Counted from the first letter of the stretch, positions 30,338-41,074 are shown. The stretch is DNA of 64,000 bases from an uncultured candidatus Porisulfidus sp. (GCA_965116025.1 OZ220480.1:1792001-1856000); one strand, 5' to 3'. The notes: a model not told the origin generated them from the letters alone. Made by a program: numbers and translations.

Positions 30338-30904
30338 TCAGGTCTCGTCCGCCAGCGCGAACTGATGCGTTCGCACTCTCCATCCATCGCCACGAGGCGT
30401 CAGCATCAGACAGGAAGGCCCCTCGTGAACTCGCACCCGGCCCGCCGCGCCCGGATTCAAGACCCACGGAAGACGCTCTTGGTCGCGAACCAGCCGGTGC
30501 GTGTGTCCATAAACGATGATTCGGGCCTCAGGCCAGGATTCTCTCAGGCTCCGATGCGCTGGCTCCGCGCCAAACTGATCGCCGTGCGTCACCACCAGCG
30601 TCCCGCCCGGAAGCGGCAACTCGGCAACTCTAGGCAAAAAATCTCCACTGGTGTCCTTGCCCCCCGCGTCATTGTTTCCCGCCACCGCGAGAACCCGTTT
30701 TCGCCCTACCAGTCCCTCGAGGGTTTCCAGCACCGACGTTCCCATGATGTCGCCAGCGTGCACGATAAAGTCGGCGCTCTCCAGAACCGCCTGAATTTTC
30801 GGATGAATCCATCCATGCGTATCCGATAGGATCCCTATTTGGACATCCTGACGGGAGGTCACCGCCTCTTCGAAGCGGGCCGTGACCCAAGACTCGTTCT
30901 CCAT
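30338..30904 (-). CDS. YfcE/MJ0936-type metallophosphoesterase
   Basis: SDTHG, HAGD, GNND, THG, GHTH, NPG. Confidence 0.88.
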   Translation of the reverse strand: MENESWVTARFEEAVTSRQDVQIGILSDTHGWIHPKIQAVLESADFIVHAGDIMGTSVLETLEGLVGRKRVLAVAGNNDAGGKDTSGDFLPRVAELPLPGGTLVVTHGDQFGAEPAHRSLRESWPEARIIVYGHTHRLVRDQERLPWVLNPGAAGRVRVHEGPSCLMLTPRGDGWRVRTHQFALADET

Positions 30905-30912
30905 ATTTCTCC

Positions 30913-31419
30913 TTATTGAAAAGCGTCCACAAACTTCGTCGCCCGTCGCTGGCGGCAAAAATTCCCGGGTCGCTCGCGTTTTTTGATCCACTTCTCTCGC
31001 GCTCTTGGCACCAGCTTTGGCGAATCTCTTCCAAACAGAACCGGTTCCGAGAATCGCGTTACGGACTCGAGTGGGCTGTCCTCATTATCCACCAATCGCC
31101 ATTTCCGCTCTGGTGGTGGATCGATCACACCCTTGAGCTTCTGGTTTCTAGGAATCGCCCGGAAATCGTTCAGAGCTCCACCAAGCATCTCGAACAACCA
31201 AAGGATTCGTTTCAAAGGCGATCTCTCGGCGAGGTTGGTCGAGCAGTTTTTCAGGCACGATGCATCGTGGGGAGCGAGCCACGGATCAGGGCGGAGGCGA
31301 TCGCTGAAGCGGACGATATCCCTGCGCCAACGAGACTGGAACATGCTGCCGAGAGTCAACTTCACCGGTTGAGCGGAAGAGGCCTGATGAGGCGAGAAAT
31401 ACTTCGCGATGGTGCTCAT
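30913..31419 (-). pseudogene. Possible highly decayed rluC-like relic, or spurious ORF
   Basis: Divergent from rne where rluC usually sits; only scattered residue resemblance; no intact HRLD motif. Confidence 0.2.
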
Positions 31420-31613
31420 GGCGCATGCGCTTGCGAACGCCATTTTATCGCACCAAAGGGAGTCTGGGGTCGCGTAGCCGATTTCGATTCCACGATGGAC
31501 ATGGCCAGCTCGAAGCCGCCTGATGTATACTGCACCACACGAGGCACGGATCTGAGGCGCGAACACGCTAGGAGGCCGTGCTTTTTTACTAGTCACAGCG
31601 AAAAACACTCGTG

Positions 31614-31790
31614 CTCGGCCATTCACTCATGTCGCGCATCGGCATCTGCCGAGTGAGAGACTTTTCGCGCCCGCCCTGCGTAGGCGTCATACGCGAAATC
31701 GTGGACACGAACTTTCCGAATCCACGTCGCGCCTCGCGCGCCATAGGGCCTGATGCGATCCAACGCATGGCGGGTATTCCGCAACCGTTG
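31614..31790 (+). promoter_or_regulatory. Structured 5' leader of rne
   Basis: Stems TCACTC/GAGTGA, CCCGCC/GGCGGG (31670-31774), CGCGA..CGTGGA/TCCACG-TCGCG (31692-31731). Confidence 0.5.
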
Positions 31791-31800
31791 AAGGATAACC

Positions 31801-33831
31801 ATGAAACGAATTCTCGTGAACGCCACGCAGCCGGAAGAGTTGCGCGTGGCCATGGTCGATGGCCAAGAGCTATACGACCTCAATATTGAGCTTACGGAGA
31901 ACAAGCAAAAGAAATCGAACATCTACAAAGCCAAAATCGTTCGCCTCGAGCCTAGCCTCGAAGCGGCCTTCGTGGATTATGGCGCGCCGCGCCATGGGTT
32001 TCTTCCTTTCCGGGAAATCGCTCCCAATTATTTCAGGACCCCATCCGCGTCCACCATTCGCGAGGCCGTTCGCAATGGCCAAGAGTTGATCGTCCAAGTC
32101 TCCCAAGATGAGCGTGGCAACAAGGGAGCCGCGCTGACGACCTATCCAAGCCTACCGGGTCGCTACCTGGTGCTGACCCCAAACAAACCCCGAGCCAGCG
32201 GCATCTCGCGGCAGATTGAGGGCGGAGACCGGGACGAGCTGCAAAAACTCGTTTCCCAGCTAACCCCAGCCAAAGGGGCGGGAGTCATCGTGCGAACCGC
32301 GGGAATCGGGCACAGCGTCGAGGAGTTGCAATGGGATCTCGATAATCAGACCCAACTCTGGGAGGCTATTCTTGAGGCGGCGAAAAAGCCCGCTCCATTT
32401 CTGATCTACAGTGACAACGACGCGGTCGTCCGCGCCCTTCGAGACAACCTCCGCGACGACATCAGCGAGGTTCTGATCGACAATGAGGAAATTTACGAGC
32501 AAGCCCGCAAATTCGTTGGCCGGATGGCCCCGAAATACTTGAGCAACGTCAAACTCTATCAAGAGTCCATCCCCCTGTTCAGCCACTACCAGATCGAGAG
32601 CCAAATCGAATCCGCGCACAACCGGATGATCAACCTGCCTTCTGGAGGCACGATCGCGATCGACCACACCGAGGCGCTCGTCTCTATAGATATCAATTCA
32701 GCTCGGGCGACCAAAAGCGGCGATATCGAGACGACCGCGCTGAACACGAATCTCGAGGCAGCCAGGGAAATCGCCCGACAGTTACGCCTCCGCGACTTGG
32801 GGGGCCTCATCGTGATCGATTTCATCGATATGGTCAGCGGCTCGAACCAGAGGAAAGTGGAAAACGAGTTTCGGGAATGCACCCGCCTGGACCGGGCGCG
32901 CGTGCAGACTGGAAAAATCTCCCGCTTCGGACTTCTGGAACTGTCCCGGCAACGGCTTCGCCCCGCGCTTGGGGAGTTCACCCAAGTCACCTGCCCTCGA
33001 TGCGGCGGACACGGCACGATCCGAACCATTCAATCCCTGTCTCTCGCCATCCTTCGCCTGATTGAAGAAGAGGCGATGAAGCAGGACACGGGAATGGTAG
33101 TCACCGAGCTCCCCATTGACCTCACCGCGTACCTGCTCAACGAGAAGCGCGACCACATATCGAGAATCACCCAGCGGCACGGCTCGCATGTCCGCTTGCT
33201 GCCCGTGCAAGGGCTGGAAACGCCGCACTATCGGGTGCGTCGCTACCGGGAGGGCGACGAGGAAATCGAGCGCGGTTTCGATTATCAGTCATCGCTCAGC
33301 CATGAGCTCGAAGCTAAGGATTTTCGCTCGAGGAGACCCAAACCGGTCTCCGCACGTAAAGAAAGCCAGGACCGACCTGTCGTCGACGTGGCGCAACATG
33401 TCACGGAATCCCCGAAATCCATGAAAAAGAAGAGCGCGTCGGGAAGGTTTCAGTGGCTCATCAATCTATTCTCCAAGAATGACCAACAGCTCGCGGAGAA
33501 AGCCAAATCTGAGGCCCCCCCTTCCGAGAAAAAGCCTGATCGAGCCAGACCAAGCCGTCGGCGGCGGCGTTCCGGTTCTCGTCCCCGTGGCCCGGCCTCC
33601 CAAACTCAAAATGAGAAGCGCGCCAGCAATGGTCAGGGCGAGCAAAACGGCACGCCGCGCCGCCGCCGGCGAGGACGAAGAGGCGGCCGCAATCGTCGGC
33701 GCGGTGGCGCGACAGGCGGCGAATCCCCCAACTCCCAATCCAACGGCGGAATGCCTGACCAAGATTCTCCCAAGATCGAGACCAAACCTCCCGCCAAACC
33801 CTCATCCCCTCCGCCCCCTACGGAATCATAG
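31801..33831 (+). CDS. rne: Ribonuclease E (short C-terminal scaffold)
   Basis: MKRILVNATQPEELRVA, IDINS, GGLIVIDFIDM, CPRC Zn-link, amphipathic FQWLINLFS, Arg-rich tail. Confidence 0.96.
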   Translation: MKRILVNATQPEELRVAMVDGQELYDLNIELTENKQKKSNIYKAKIVRLEPSLEAAFVDYGAPRHGFLPFREIAPNYFRTPSASTIREAVRNGQELIVQVSQDERGNKGAALTTYPSLPGRYLVLTPNKPRASGISRQIEGGDRDELQKLVSQLTPAKGAGVIVRTAGIGHSVEELQWDLDNQTQLWEAILEAAKKPAPFLIYSDNDAVVRALRDNLRDDISEVLIDNEEIYEQARKFVGRMAPKYLSNVKLYQESIPLFSHYQIESQIESAHNRMINLPSGGTIAIDHTEALVSIDINSARATKSGDIETTALNTNLEAAREIARQLRLRDLGGLIVIDFIDMVSGSNQRKVENEFRECTRLDRARVQTGKISRFGLLELSRQRLRPALGEFTQVTCPRCGGHGTIRTIQSLSLAILRLIEEEAMKQDTGMVVTELPIDLTAYLLNEKRDHISRITQRHGSHVRLLPVQGLETPHYRVRRYREGDEEIERGFDYQSSLSHELEAKDFRSRRPKPVSARKESQDRPVVDVAQHVTESPKSMKKKSASGRFQWLINLFSKNDQQLAEKAKSEAPPSEKKPDRARPSRRRRRSGSRPRGPASQTQNEKRASNGQGEQNGTPRRRRRGRRGGRNRRRGGATGGESPNSQSNGGMPDQDSPKIETKPPAKPSSPPPPTES

Positions 33832-33836
33832 GGTCG

Positions 33837-36800
33837 CTATTTCGATTCCTGCTTGGCGGGCGTGATTTCCTGAATGATCGGGTTCGACCAGGACCCGGTC
33901 ACCTGGTACGTGACGGCGGTCGCCTGATTGATCCCGAATCCGAGCCAGTCCAGTACCTTGGTGCCAATATACGCTCCGGCGATTCCCACCGGTCCACCAA
34001 GCGCCCCGAAAGCCGGAAGCAACGCGCTGGTTTCCGGCGTCGCCACGACGGTCAGATCATAATCCTCGTTCTCCACTCCGATGTGACCACCGATCAGAAA
34101 CTGCGCCGACGGCCCGATAATGCGAAATTCGCTGGTGCTCAGATTGCCCTGCAGGAAATCGAATTTCCCATCCACGGTTTGATAAGTGAACCCACCCCGC
34201 ACCACATCATCGAACTCAAGCGACAGGCGCTCGAAGATCATCTCGAGGTTCAGCAGAGCCAGGATGCGCGCGAATTCCGGCGCCACGTTGCGAATGCGCC
34301 CATCCTTTCCCTTTATGTCAATATAGCCCTGAAGCTTCTTGAACTCGTATTCATGCGGAGCTCCGGCCCACTGCAGAGCTAAATCCACGTCGATCACCCC
34401 CTCCCTCAAGGGATTGTCGACCGACCAATGCTTCAGCGTCTCATGCAGATCGTCCGTATGGACCGCCCCCCGCAACAGGGTAAGGTGCCTGCCATTCTCC
34501 AATGACCAGTGCCCACTCAGATCCATGTGGAATTTATGCGATTTCGCCTGGAGTCCGTCGATATTGACTCGCCGCTCTCCTGGCGATGTCACGAGTCGAG
34601 CGTCACGGAACTCGTACGGTCCGACATGCAGCAATCTGAATTCCATATCCAAAGGCGGAAGGTCCTGAGGAGCCAAATCCGTTTCTCCCGCATCTTCCAT
34701 CGTCTCCAGCTGTCTCGTGGAAAGGCGTAACCAATCGAAAGCCCCTCTTATCGGCTTCCCGTCTTCTTTGGGAAGGTCGAGGATGCCTCGAATGGCCGGC
34801 GCGTTGATCGCGAATTGATCTTTCTCTTCCGTGAAACGCACCGACAGTTCCGCGTCTTCCACATCCAGACCGAACGCCTCCAGTCGGTCCGCTCGCAAAC
34901 CAGAAATTTCCGGCCAGACTCCTTCTTGACCCGCGTACCGCTTTTTCCAGTCAATCCAATCTCGCGCGTTGACCTTCGACATGCTTCCCGTCAGCACCAG
35001 TTTGGAATCCGAATGAGCCGGCGCCTCATCCAGACCTAAACCGATCGCGCCGCTCACCGCGCTTTCCGGATTTACCCGCAAGCGCGCGCGCGCTAGATCC
35101 GCGTATTCGAGCGAGAGATCCGCTCTACCGTCAAGATCGATATCCGCCCTCACTTCCAATCGTCGCGCCTCTTTCTTCGTCTTACCCAAAGGGTCTGGTA
35201 AATCAACCTCAGTCCCCCGGAAATCGCTTTTCCCGAATACGGTCAGGTAGTCCCGAGTCGATCTCTCGGTCGCTCCGGGAAGCAGCAACGTAAGGTCCCA
35301 AGCCGAGCGGCCCCTGAGCCAAGAAAACGTGGGGCGCGCCTCCCGCGGCAAGTAATCCTGCAAGGACGCGAGCGCCTGGATCTTGACTTGGAAATCTCCC
35401 GAGCGAGTCGTAGCCAAATCCACGCGGGCGGGATGGCCAGAAAATCGGGCCTCCAGCGAGCCCGCCAGCCTTTCGTCTTGGTATCTGAGCTCCCCATTAA
35501 TCTCGTCCAAATGGGAATTGATGGCCAAGATATCCATCCGGTCGTCATGCAACCTCATGACGCCCTTCACTTTGGCTTCATGGTCCAGACGTTGATCCAG
35601 AGGAAGGTTTAGCTGCAGGTCCAGCGTCGATCTCCCCTTAAGCAGCAAAGCCTGATTGAAGGCCGGGGACATCCATTCGATAGATTCGAGAAACTCCGGC
35701 ACATCGCTCACCGGCCCTTCCAGCACGCTGCTCATATGCATATCCATCAAACCCAGATCATCCATTCGAAGCGCCGCATGACGCACGCTCGAGTTTTGGA
35801 TGCTGGCTTGGTGGATGATGGCATGCAGCGACTGTTTGTCGAGAAGGACCGTTCCCTCAATCTCCCGAAACATCGGCAACCCCGGCTCATAATCGAGATC
35901 AACCTCGCGCAGAGCGCCCTCTAGCGTAAACTCGGGACCAGGCGAGGCGGGCGTCTCGTCCGACAACGGCGCATCCAGACGCAAGCGGGCATCAATCAGG
36001 CTTCCCGCTTTGAAGGCCGACCTCACCCAGCGGTCATCCGCGTCGGACAAAAACCCGGAAGGGAACCATCGCGAAACGACGGGCAGATCCGCGCGCTCGA
36101 TTTTCATGTCCGCGCGCAACCTAGGCGACTTGCCCGAGCCCATCCACACTGCGCCATGAAGGCGAAACGCGGGATTCGACACTTGGATATCCTTCGCTCT
36201 GAAAGCGCAGCAATCTTCTCCTGTCCACACGTCCAACCGAAGCCTGGATCGTCCAGGCCGAACCGCGTCCAGATTCCACGGCGCATAGGAGATTTCCACA
36301 TTTTCAGAGTCCAGGTCGAGGCGGAAGCCTCGCTCGGAGACGCTCACCGCGCCGTCAAGTCCACTCAGAGAACCCCCTTTCTCTGGGATGGAAAGCCCGA
36401 GTCCCGTCACCTCCGCATGAGCCCAATAGGTCGGCTGGTCCTGCAGGTGGACTTCCCCGCTCAATCGGTAGACCTTCCCAGACGTGATGCCACCAAAAGG
36501 AAGGCTTTCCAGTCCATGTCCAGCGATCGCGGCGAGCCGCTTCGCCAACGCGATATCCAAGGAAACCAAGCCACCGCGCATGGCTTCTCCTTGATGCTCC
36601 AGACGCGCTCCCTCCGCGACCACGCGCTGATCGAGCTCCAGCCTGCTCAACGAGATCATGTGCCCTTCTCGCAAGGCTCGCCAGTTGAGCGCGCCCGACA
36701 ACTTTTCCCACTCCGCGCCCTCGGATTTCGGGCGTTCCAGCTCCATACGTACTCCAGCGAATCGCGGCGCCAAATCGTCCCATTCCAGCCTCGCTTCCGC

Positions 36801-37535
36801 GCGCGCGCGGATATCCTCCGGCAAGAATTCCACCCATCGGCGCGCATCGTTCGGTAGCCAGGCCATCAATTGAACCCAGCGCATGCGGTCCACCCGCAAA
36901 ACTCCCTTCCCCGCTCCCGCGGTATCGAACTCCACCTGCAACTCGAAGTCGAGGTCGCCCGAACTCGGCACCCGGTTTCGCGCCCGCGCCACGACCCCCA
37001 GCAAGCCTACCGACACGTCCATATCTACCGCGCCCAGATCCACTCGATCACCGGTTTTCCGATCAAGGAGATCAATCCGCACATCCCGCAACCATATATC
37101 GTCAACAGGCAGGCTCCAAGCTGACTCGGCCGTCTTCTCGGGCATGCCTTCCAAGGCCCAGTTTCCGTCTTCCAGGCGTTGCAGGCGAATCGCTCCACCC
37201 ACCACGGAAATCCGTTCCGGGATCAGAGACAAGGAGAAAAGACTCTCGAGCAGATCAAGGTTAAAAGACATCCGGTCGAAGCGGTGCGCCACTTCCGTGC
37301 CATCGAACCGCAACGTCACGCCATGCAGAATGACGGATGGATAAACGCCCCGCCATTCGCTCACGGCATGATCGACATCAATTCGCACATCGAGAGACTC
37401 GGAGAGCCAGCGGCTCAGATACGGATGGACATCGTCCAACGTCAGCAGCACGACGCGCGCAGCGGTCGAGGTGAGCGCCAGAGCGCCCAAGATCAGCGCT
37501 AGCGTCAGGCCCAGATAACTGCCAAGCCTTTTCAT
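33837..37535 (-). CDS. yhdP: YhdP/AsmA-like phospholipid transport protein
   Basis: 1232 aa, N-terminal TM, W.G..P, C-terminal RLSLEFDD and YQVTGSWSNP; downstream of maf. Confidence 0.85.
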   Translation of the reverse strand: MKRLGSYLGLTLALILGALALTSTAARVVLLTLDDVHPYLSRWLSESLDVRIDVDHAVSEWRGVYPSVILHGVTLRFDGTEVAHRFDRMSFNLDLLESLFSLSLIPERISVVGGAIRLQRLEDGNWALEGMPEKTAESAWSLPVDDIWLRDVRIDLLDRKTGDRVDLGAVDMDVSVGLLGVVARARNRVPSSGDLDFELQVEFDTAGAGKGVLRVDRMRWVQLMAWLPNDARRWVEFLPEDIRARAEARLEWDDLAPRFAGVRMELERPKSEGAEWEKLSGALNWRALREGHMISLSRLELDQRVVAEGARLEHQGEAMRGGLVSLDIALAKRLAAIAGHGLESLPFGGITSGKVYRLSGEVHLQDQPTYWAHAEVTGLGLSIPEKGGSLSGLDGAVSVSERGFRLDLDSENVEISYAPWNLDAVRPGRSRLRLDVWTGEDCCAFRAKDIQVSNPAFRLHGAVWMGSGKSPRLRADMKIERADLPVVSRWFPSGFLSDADDRWVRSAFKAGSLIDARLRLDAPLSDETPASPGPEFTLEGALREVDLDYEPGLPMFREIEGTVLLDKQSLHAIIHQASIQNSSVRHAALRMDDLGLMDMHMSSVLEGPVSDVPEFLESIEWMSPAFNQALLLKGRSTLDLQLNLPLDQRLDHEAKVKGVMRLHDDRMDILAINSHLDEINGELRYQDERLAGSLEARFSGHPARVDLATTRSGDFQVKIQALASLQDYLPREARPTFSWLRGRSAWDLTLLLPGATERSTRDYLTVFGKSDFRGTEVDLPDPLGKTKKEARRLEVRADIDLDGRADLSLEYADLARARLRVNPESAVSGAIGLGLDEAPAHSDSKLVLTGSMSKVNARDWIDWKKRYAGQEGVWPEISGLRADRLEAFGLDVEDAELSVRFTEEKDQFAINAPAIRGILDLPKEDGKPIRGAFDWLRLSTRQLETMEDAGETDLAPQDLPPLDMEFRLLHVGPYEFRDARLVTSPGERRVNIDGLQAKSHKFHMDLSGHWSLENGRHLTLLRGAVHTDDLHETLKHWSVDNPLREGVIDVDLALQWAGAPHEYEFKKLQGYIDIKGKDGRIRNVAPEFARILALLNLEMIFERLSLEFDDVVRGGFTYQTVDGKFDFLQGNLSTSEFRIIGPSAQFLIGGHIGVENEDYDLTVVATPETSALLPAFGALGGPVGIAGAYIGTKVLDWLGFGINQATAVTYQVTGSWSNPIIQEITPAKQESK

Positions 37536-37660
37536 CGCTGGGAAAGAGAAGAAACGGGCGACCCGCCGCGCGAGGTTGTTCTATGGAGCACGCGCACACG
37601 CGGTGGCCAATGAGGCCGGTATTTTAAACGCGGATTTGACGCAAGGAGATCAAGCAAAGG

Positions 37661-38251
37661 CTATCGCCTCGACGCGCTCATGAAATCCGGAAGAATCCCA
37701 AACTCCGACAAGACCGCGCAAGATTCGCACAAGGGCAACCCGACCACGTTGGTGTAGCTACCGCGAATCTCGCGCACTCGGCTTCCCGCCATCCCTTGGA
37801 TCGCGTAGCCTCCCGCCTTGTCCTTTGGCTCGCCGCTCGCCCAGTACGCTTGGATCCAAGCAGGCGGCAAAACGTCGAACACTACCTCCGTGACGCTCTG
37901 GAAAGCGGTCCGCCGATCACGTGACATCACGCAAACGCCGCTGATCACATTGTGGGACGCGCCGCTGATTTCCCTCATCATCGCCACGAAATCCTCATAA
38001 TTCCGCGGCTTGCCTTGAGGCTCTCCTCCGCACGACACCACAGTGTCCGCCGCCAGAACGACAGATTCCGAATCGTCTTCCAGACCGGCTTCGGCCTTGT
38101 CTCGCGCCAGCCGCGACGCTATGGCGAGACCATCTTCTCCTGGACGAGGAGATTCGTCGATCTGGACCGGACGGGCCTCGAAATCGATTCCAGCCATACG
38201 CAACAAATCGCCTCGCCTAGGCGAGGCCGAAGCCAGAATCAGACGTCTCAT
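37661..38251 (-). CDS. maf: Maf nucleoside triphosphate pyrophosphatase
   Basis: LILASASPRR, ADTVV, GKP, DKAGGYAIQG, NVVGLP. Confidence 0.95.
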   Translation of the reverse strand: MRRLILASASPRRGDLLRMAGIDFEARPVQIDESPRPGEDGLAIASRLARDKAEAGLEDDSESVVLAADTVVSCGGEPQGKPRNYEDFVAMMREISGASHNVISGVCVMSRDRRTAFQSVTEVVFDVLPPAWIQAYWASGEPKDKAGGYAIQGMAGSRVREIRGSYTNVVGLPLCESCAVLSEFGILPDFMSASRR

Positions 38252-38613
38252 TGGCTGACGCGCGCGTCATCCAGAGAGACGGACCAAAGCTTTTCCAGCG
38301 CGTACAGATCGCGGGTCTCCGGTAGCATGACATGCACCACCACGTCCCCCGCATCCAGCAATATCCAATCGCGGCCGCGTTCCGCGGACACCCGCCCCAC
38401 GCGCGCGGCGCGCGCCTTCTCGACCACTCGATCCGCGATGCTACGCACATGCCGGTCCGAGCGGCCGCTCGCGATGATCATGTATACCGTGATCGTCGTT
38501 TTATCCCGAACGTCAAGCACGACCGTATCCTCGGCCTTCATATCGTCCAGAGCCTCGACCACCAGCCGCTTGAGAGCGTCGACCTCCATGCTGGAATCAG
38601 CCTTCGACAGCAT
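38248..38613 (-). CDS. rsfS: Ribosome silencing factor
   Basis: ALDDMKAED, IASGRSDRHV, WILLDAGDVVVHVM, YALEKLW. Confidence 0.95.
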   Translation of the reverse strand: MLSKADSSMEVDALKRLVVEALDDMKAEDTVVLDVRDKTTITVYMIIASGRSDRHVRSIADRVVEKARAARVGRVSAERGRDWILLDAGDVVVHVMLPETRDLYALEKLWSVSLDDARVSQ

Positions 38614-38618
38614 TCCGC

Positions 38619-39236
38619 TCAGTCAAGGTACAAGCGATGACGGCGGATATACGCCCACACGGAACCCGGAACGCAGTAGCGCGGTGACGCGCCGGAGCGA
38701 ATACGGTCGCGAATTTGGCTAGAAGAGAAATTTCGCGGAGTCCCTTGATGCAGATAAATCCTACCACAAGGCGAGCGCCGCAACGCCTCGGGCTCGCGAA
38801 CGCAACGCGCTTTCCACGAATCCGGCAACGACGCTTCCATTTCGCTCCCAGGCCGCGCGAGGGCCGCCACATGGCACAACTGGATCAGGTCTTCCGCCCG
38901 GCGCCAGGATGGCAATCCCCCCAGCGCGTCCGCCCCAACCAGCAAACACAAAGGATTCGAGTCCTCGTCCTTGAGGGATCTCAGCGTGTCGTAGGTATAG
39001 GATGGTCCCGGCCTCCTCAGCTCCCGGTCGTCCGCCACCAATTTCGCGCCATCCGCGACCAGCCGCACCATGTTCCAGCGATGCTCCGCAGAAGCGCGCG
39101 GCGGAGCGCGATGCGCCGGATGCCCGCATGGAACGAGGCGCACCTCCGTCAAGCTGAGAATCGACAGGAATTCCAGCGCGAGTCTGCAATGCCCGAAATG
39201 AATAGGATCGAACAACCCGCCAAGAACGCCGCGCAT
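38619..39236 (-). CDS. nadD: Nicotinate-nucleotide adenylyltransferase
   Basis: GGLFDPIHFGH, PSYT.DTL, VGAD, SSSQIR. Confidence 0.94.
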   Translation of the reverse strand: MRGVLGGLFDPIHFGHCRLALEFLSILSLTEVRLVPCGHPAHRAPPRASAEHRWNMVRLVADGAKLVADDRELRRPGPSYTYDTLRSLKDEDSNPLCLLVGADALGGLPSWRRAEDLIQLCHVAALARPGSEMEASLPDSWKARCVREPEALRRSPCGRIYLHQGTPRNFSSSQIRDRIRSGASPRYCVPGSVWAYIRRHRLYLD

Positions 39237-39240
39237 CGAA

Positions 39241-41007
39241 TCAGAGCGACGCGATATGCTGGATATTCAGCATGCATGAGCGGTGTCCCTGAAACTCGTC
39301 CACGCCCAGTTCGTACACCAGCCGAAATCTGGATTTTTCCTTATCCCAGTCGAAACGGTCGTGAGAGAACGCCATCGCCTTGATACGGATCTCTGGATGG
39401 CCGACCGGGTTGAGGTGAAAGCGGGTATGCGCGCCCTTGAAGGTCTTTCTCTCCTGTATCTCGAATTCGCCCTCGAACAGCGGGGGCAGGAAATCCCGAC
39501 CCCAAGGATGTCCGCGCGCGGCGAATTCCGCGTTCTCCAGGGTCCACTCCTCTTTCGCCAATTCGCCATCCGTCTCGATAGTTTGAACCGGACAACAGCC
39601 ACCGAGCGCCTTCGAAACCGCTTTCTCGAGCAGAGACTGGAATCGCTCCAACCCATCTTCCCGGAGCGTGAGCCCGACCGCCATCGCGTGTCCTCCATAG
39701 CGTCGCATGAGGCCGGGCTCCGCCTGATCGACATCGACCAGAGCGTCTCGAAGATTCAGTCCCTGAATCGAACGCCCCGATCCTTTCAGGAGGTTGTCCT
39801 GAGATCGCGCGAAAACGATGGCTGGCAGCCCATACTTCTCCTTGATCCTCGACGCGATGATTCCAACCACGCCTTCGTGCCAATTCGGTCGGTAGAGGCA
39901 CAGGCTCGCGGCCCTCCCAGTCTCCAGCGGCAACCGATCCACTTCGTTGAGCGCCTCGATATGCATCGATCCTTCTTCGGCGCGCCGCTTGACGTTGATC
40001 CGATCCAATTGCCTGGCTAGTTCGTGAGCCTCGACGCGACCTTCCGCGAGCAAGCAACGGATTCCGACCGCGATGTCCTCCATCCGTCCGGCCGCGTTGA
40101 CGCGCGGGCCCACGGCGAAAGCCAAATCCGCGCTACCCACTTGACGAGGGTCTCGATTGCCTTGACGCAAGAGCGAGACGATGCCAGGGACCCCCCGGCC
40201 GTTTCGAATGCACCGCAACCCATGCTCCACAAGAATTCGGTTGTTCAGGTCCAGCGGCACCACGTCGGCGATTGTGCCCAGAGCCACCAGATCCAGAAAC
40301 CGCGCCATGTTCGGCTTCTCGACTCCACGTTCGGAGAACCACCTCTCCTCGTCCAAACGCTGACGCAAGGCCAGCATAACGTAGAACACCACTCCGACGC
40401 CAGCGAGAGCCGAACTGGCGAAACTGTCAGGCGGACTGTTCGGATTGACGATGCAATCGGCATCAGGCAACTCGTCTCCTGGCAGATGGTGATCGGTGAT
40501 CAATACTCGAATTCCGCGCGCGCGAGCCTTCGCGACCGCGTCTTGGCTCGACATCCCGTTATCGATCGTCACGATCAGGGAAGGATCGCGTCGCTCGACC
40601 TCCTCCATCAATTCTGGGCAAAACCCATAACCATGCCGAAAACGATCCGGAACCAGGTAATCCACGTTCTCGTAGCCCATCGCGCGCAAACTGCGCATCG
40701 CGACGGCCACGCCCGTCGCGCCATCCGCGTCGTAATCCCCGACCAGCAGAATTCGCCCGCCCTCGACCATCACGGAATGCAGTAACTCCGCCGCCCGCGA
40801 ACATGCCGAAAACTCGCTGACCGGATGCAACCGCCGCAACGATAATTCAAGCTCGCCCGGGTCGGTAATCCCCCGATGAGCGAAAACCCTGCGCTGCAGC
40901 GAAGGCAATACCTGAAGCGCCGCCAAGGCATCGGGAGACGCGCTCCGGCGAAGAATTTTCGGTCGAGACTTGACGTTCAAGAACTTGTGAAGTCCAGATG
41001 TGGGCAC
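39241..41007 (-). CDS. recJ: Single-stranded DNA exonuclease RecJ
   Basis: GDYDADG, TIDNG, TDHH, LGTIADVV, GGHAMAVG. Confidence 0.96.
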   Translation of the reverse strand: MPTSGLHKFLNVKSRPKILRRSASPDALAALQVLPSLQRRVFAHRGITDPGELELSLRRLHPVSEFSACSRAAELLHSVMVEGGRILLVGDYDADGATGVAVAMRSLRAMGYENVDYLVPDRFRHGYGFCPELMEEVERRDPSLIVTIDNGMSSQDAVAKARARGIRVLITDHHLPGDELPDADCIVNPNSPPDSFASSALAGVGVVFYVMLALRQRLDEERWFSERGVEKPNMARFLDLVALGTIADVVPLDLNNRILVEHGLRCIRNGRGVPGIVSLLRQGNRDPRQVGSADLAFAVGPRVNAAGRMEDIAVGIRCLLAEGRVEAHELARQLDRINVKRRAEEGSMHIEALNEVDRLPLETGRAASLCLYRPNWHEGVVGIIASRIKEKYGLPAIVFARSQDNLLKGSGRSIQGLNLRDALVDVDQAEPGLMRRYGGHAMAVGLTLREDGLERFQSLLEKAVSKALGGCCPVQTIETDGELAKEEWTLENAEFAARGHPWGRDFLPPLFEGEFEIQERKTFKGAHTRFHLNPVGHPEIRIKAMAFSHDRFDWDKEKSRFRLVYELGVDEFQGHRSCMLNIQHIASL

Positions 41008-41074
41008 GGCCCGGAACGGTTCCCGCGAGGCGGATCGATAGGTCGGATTTTACAGGACCGCGCGGAAGCGAGAT

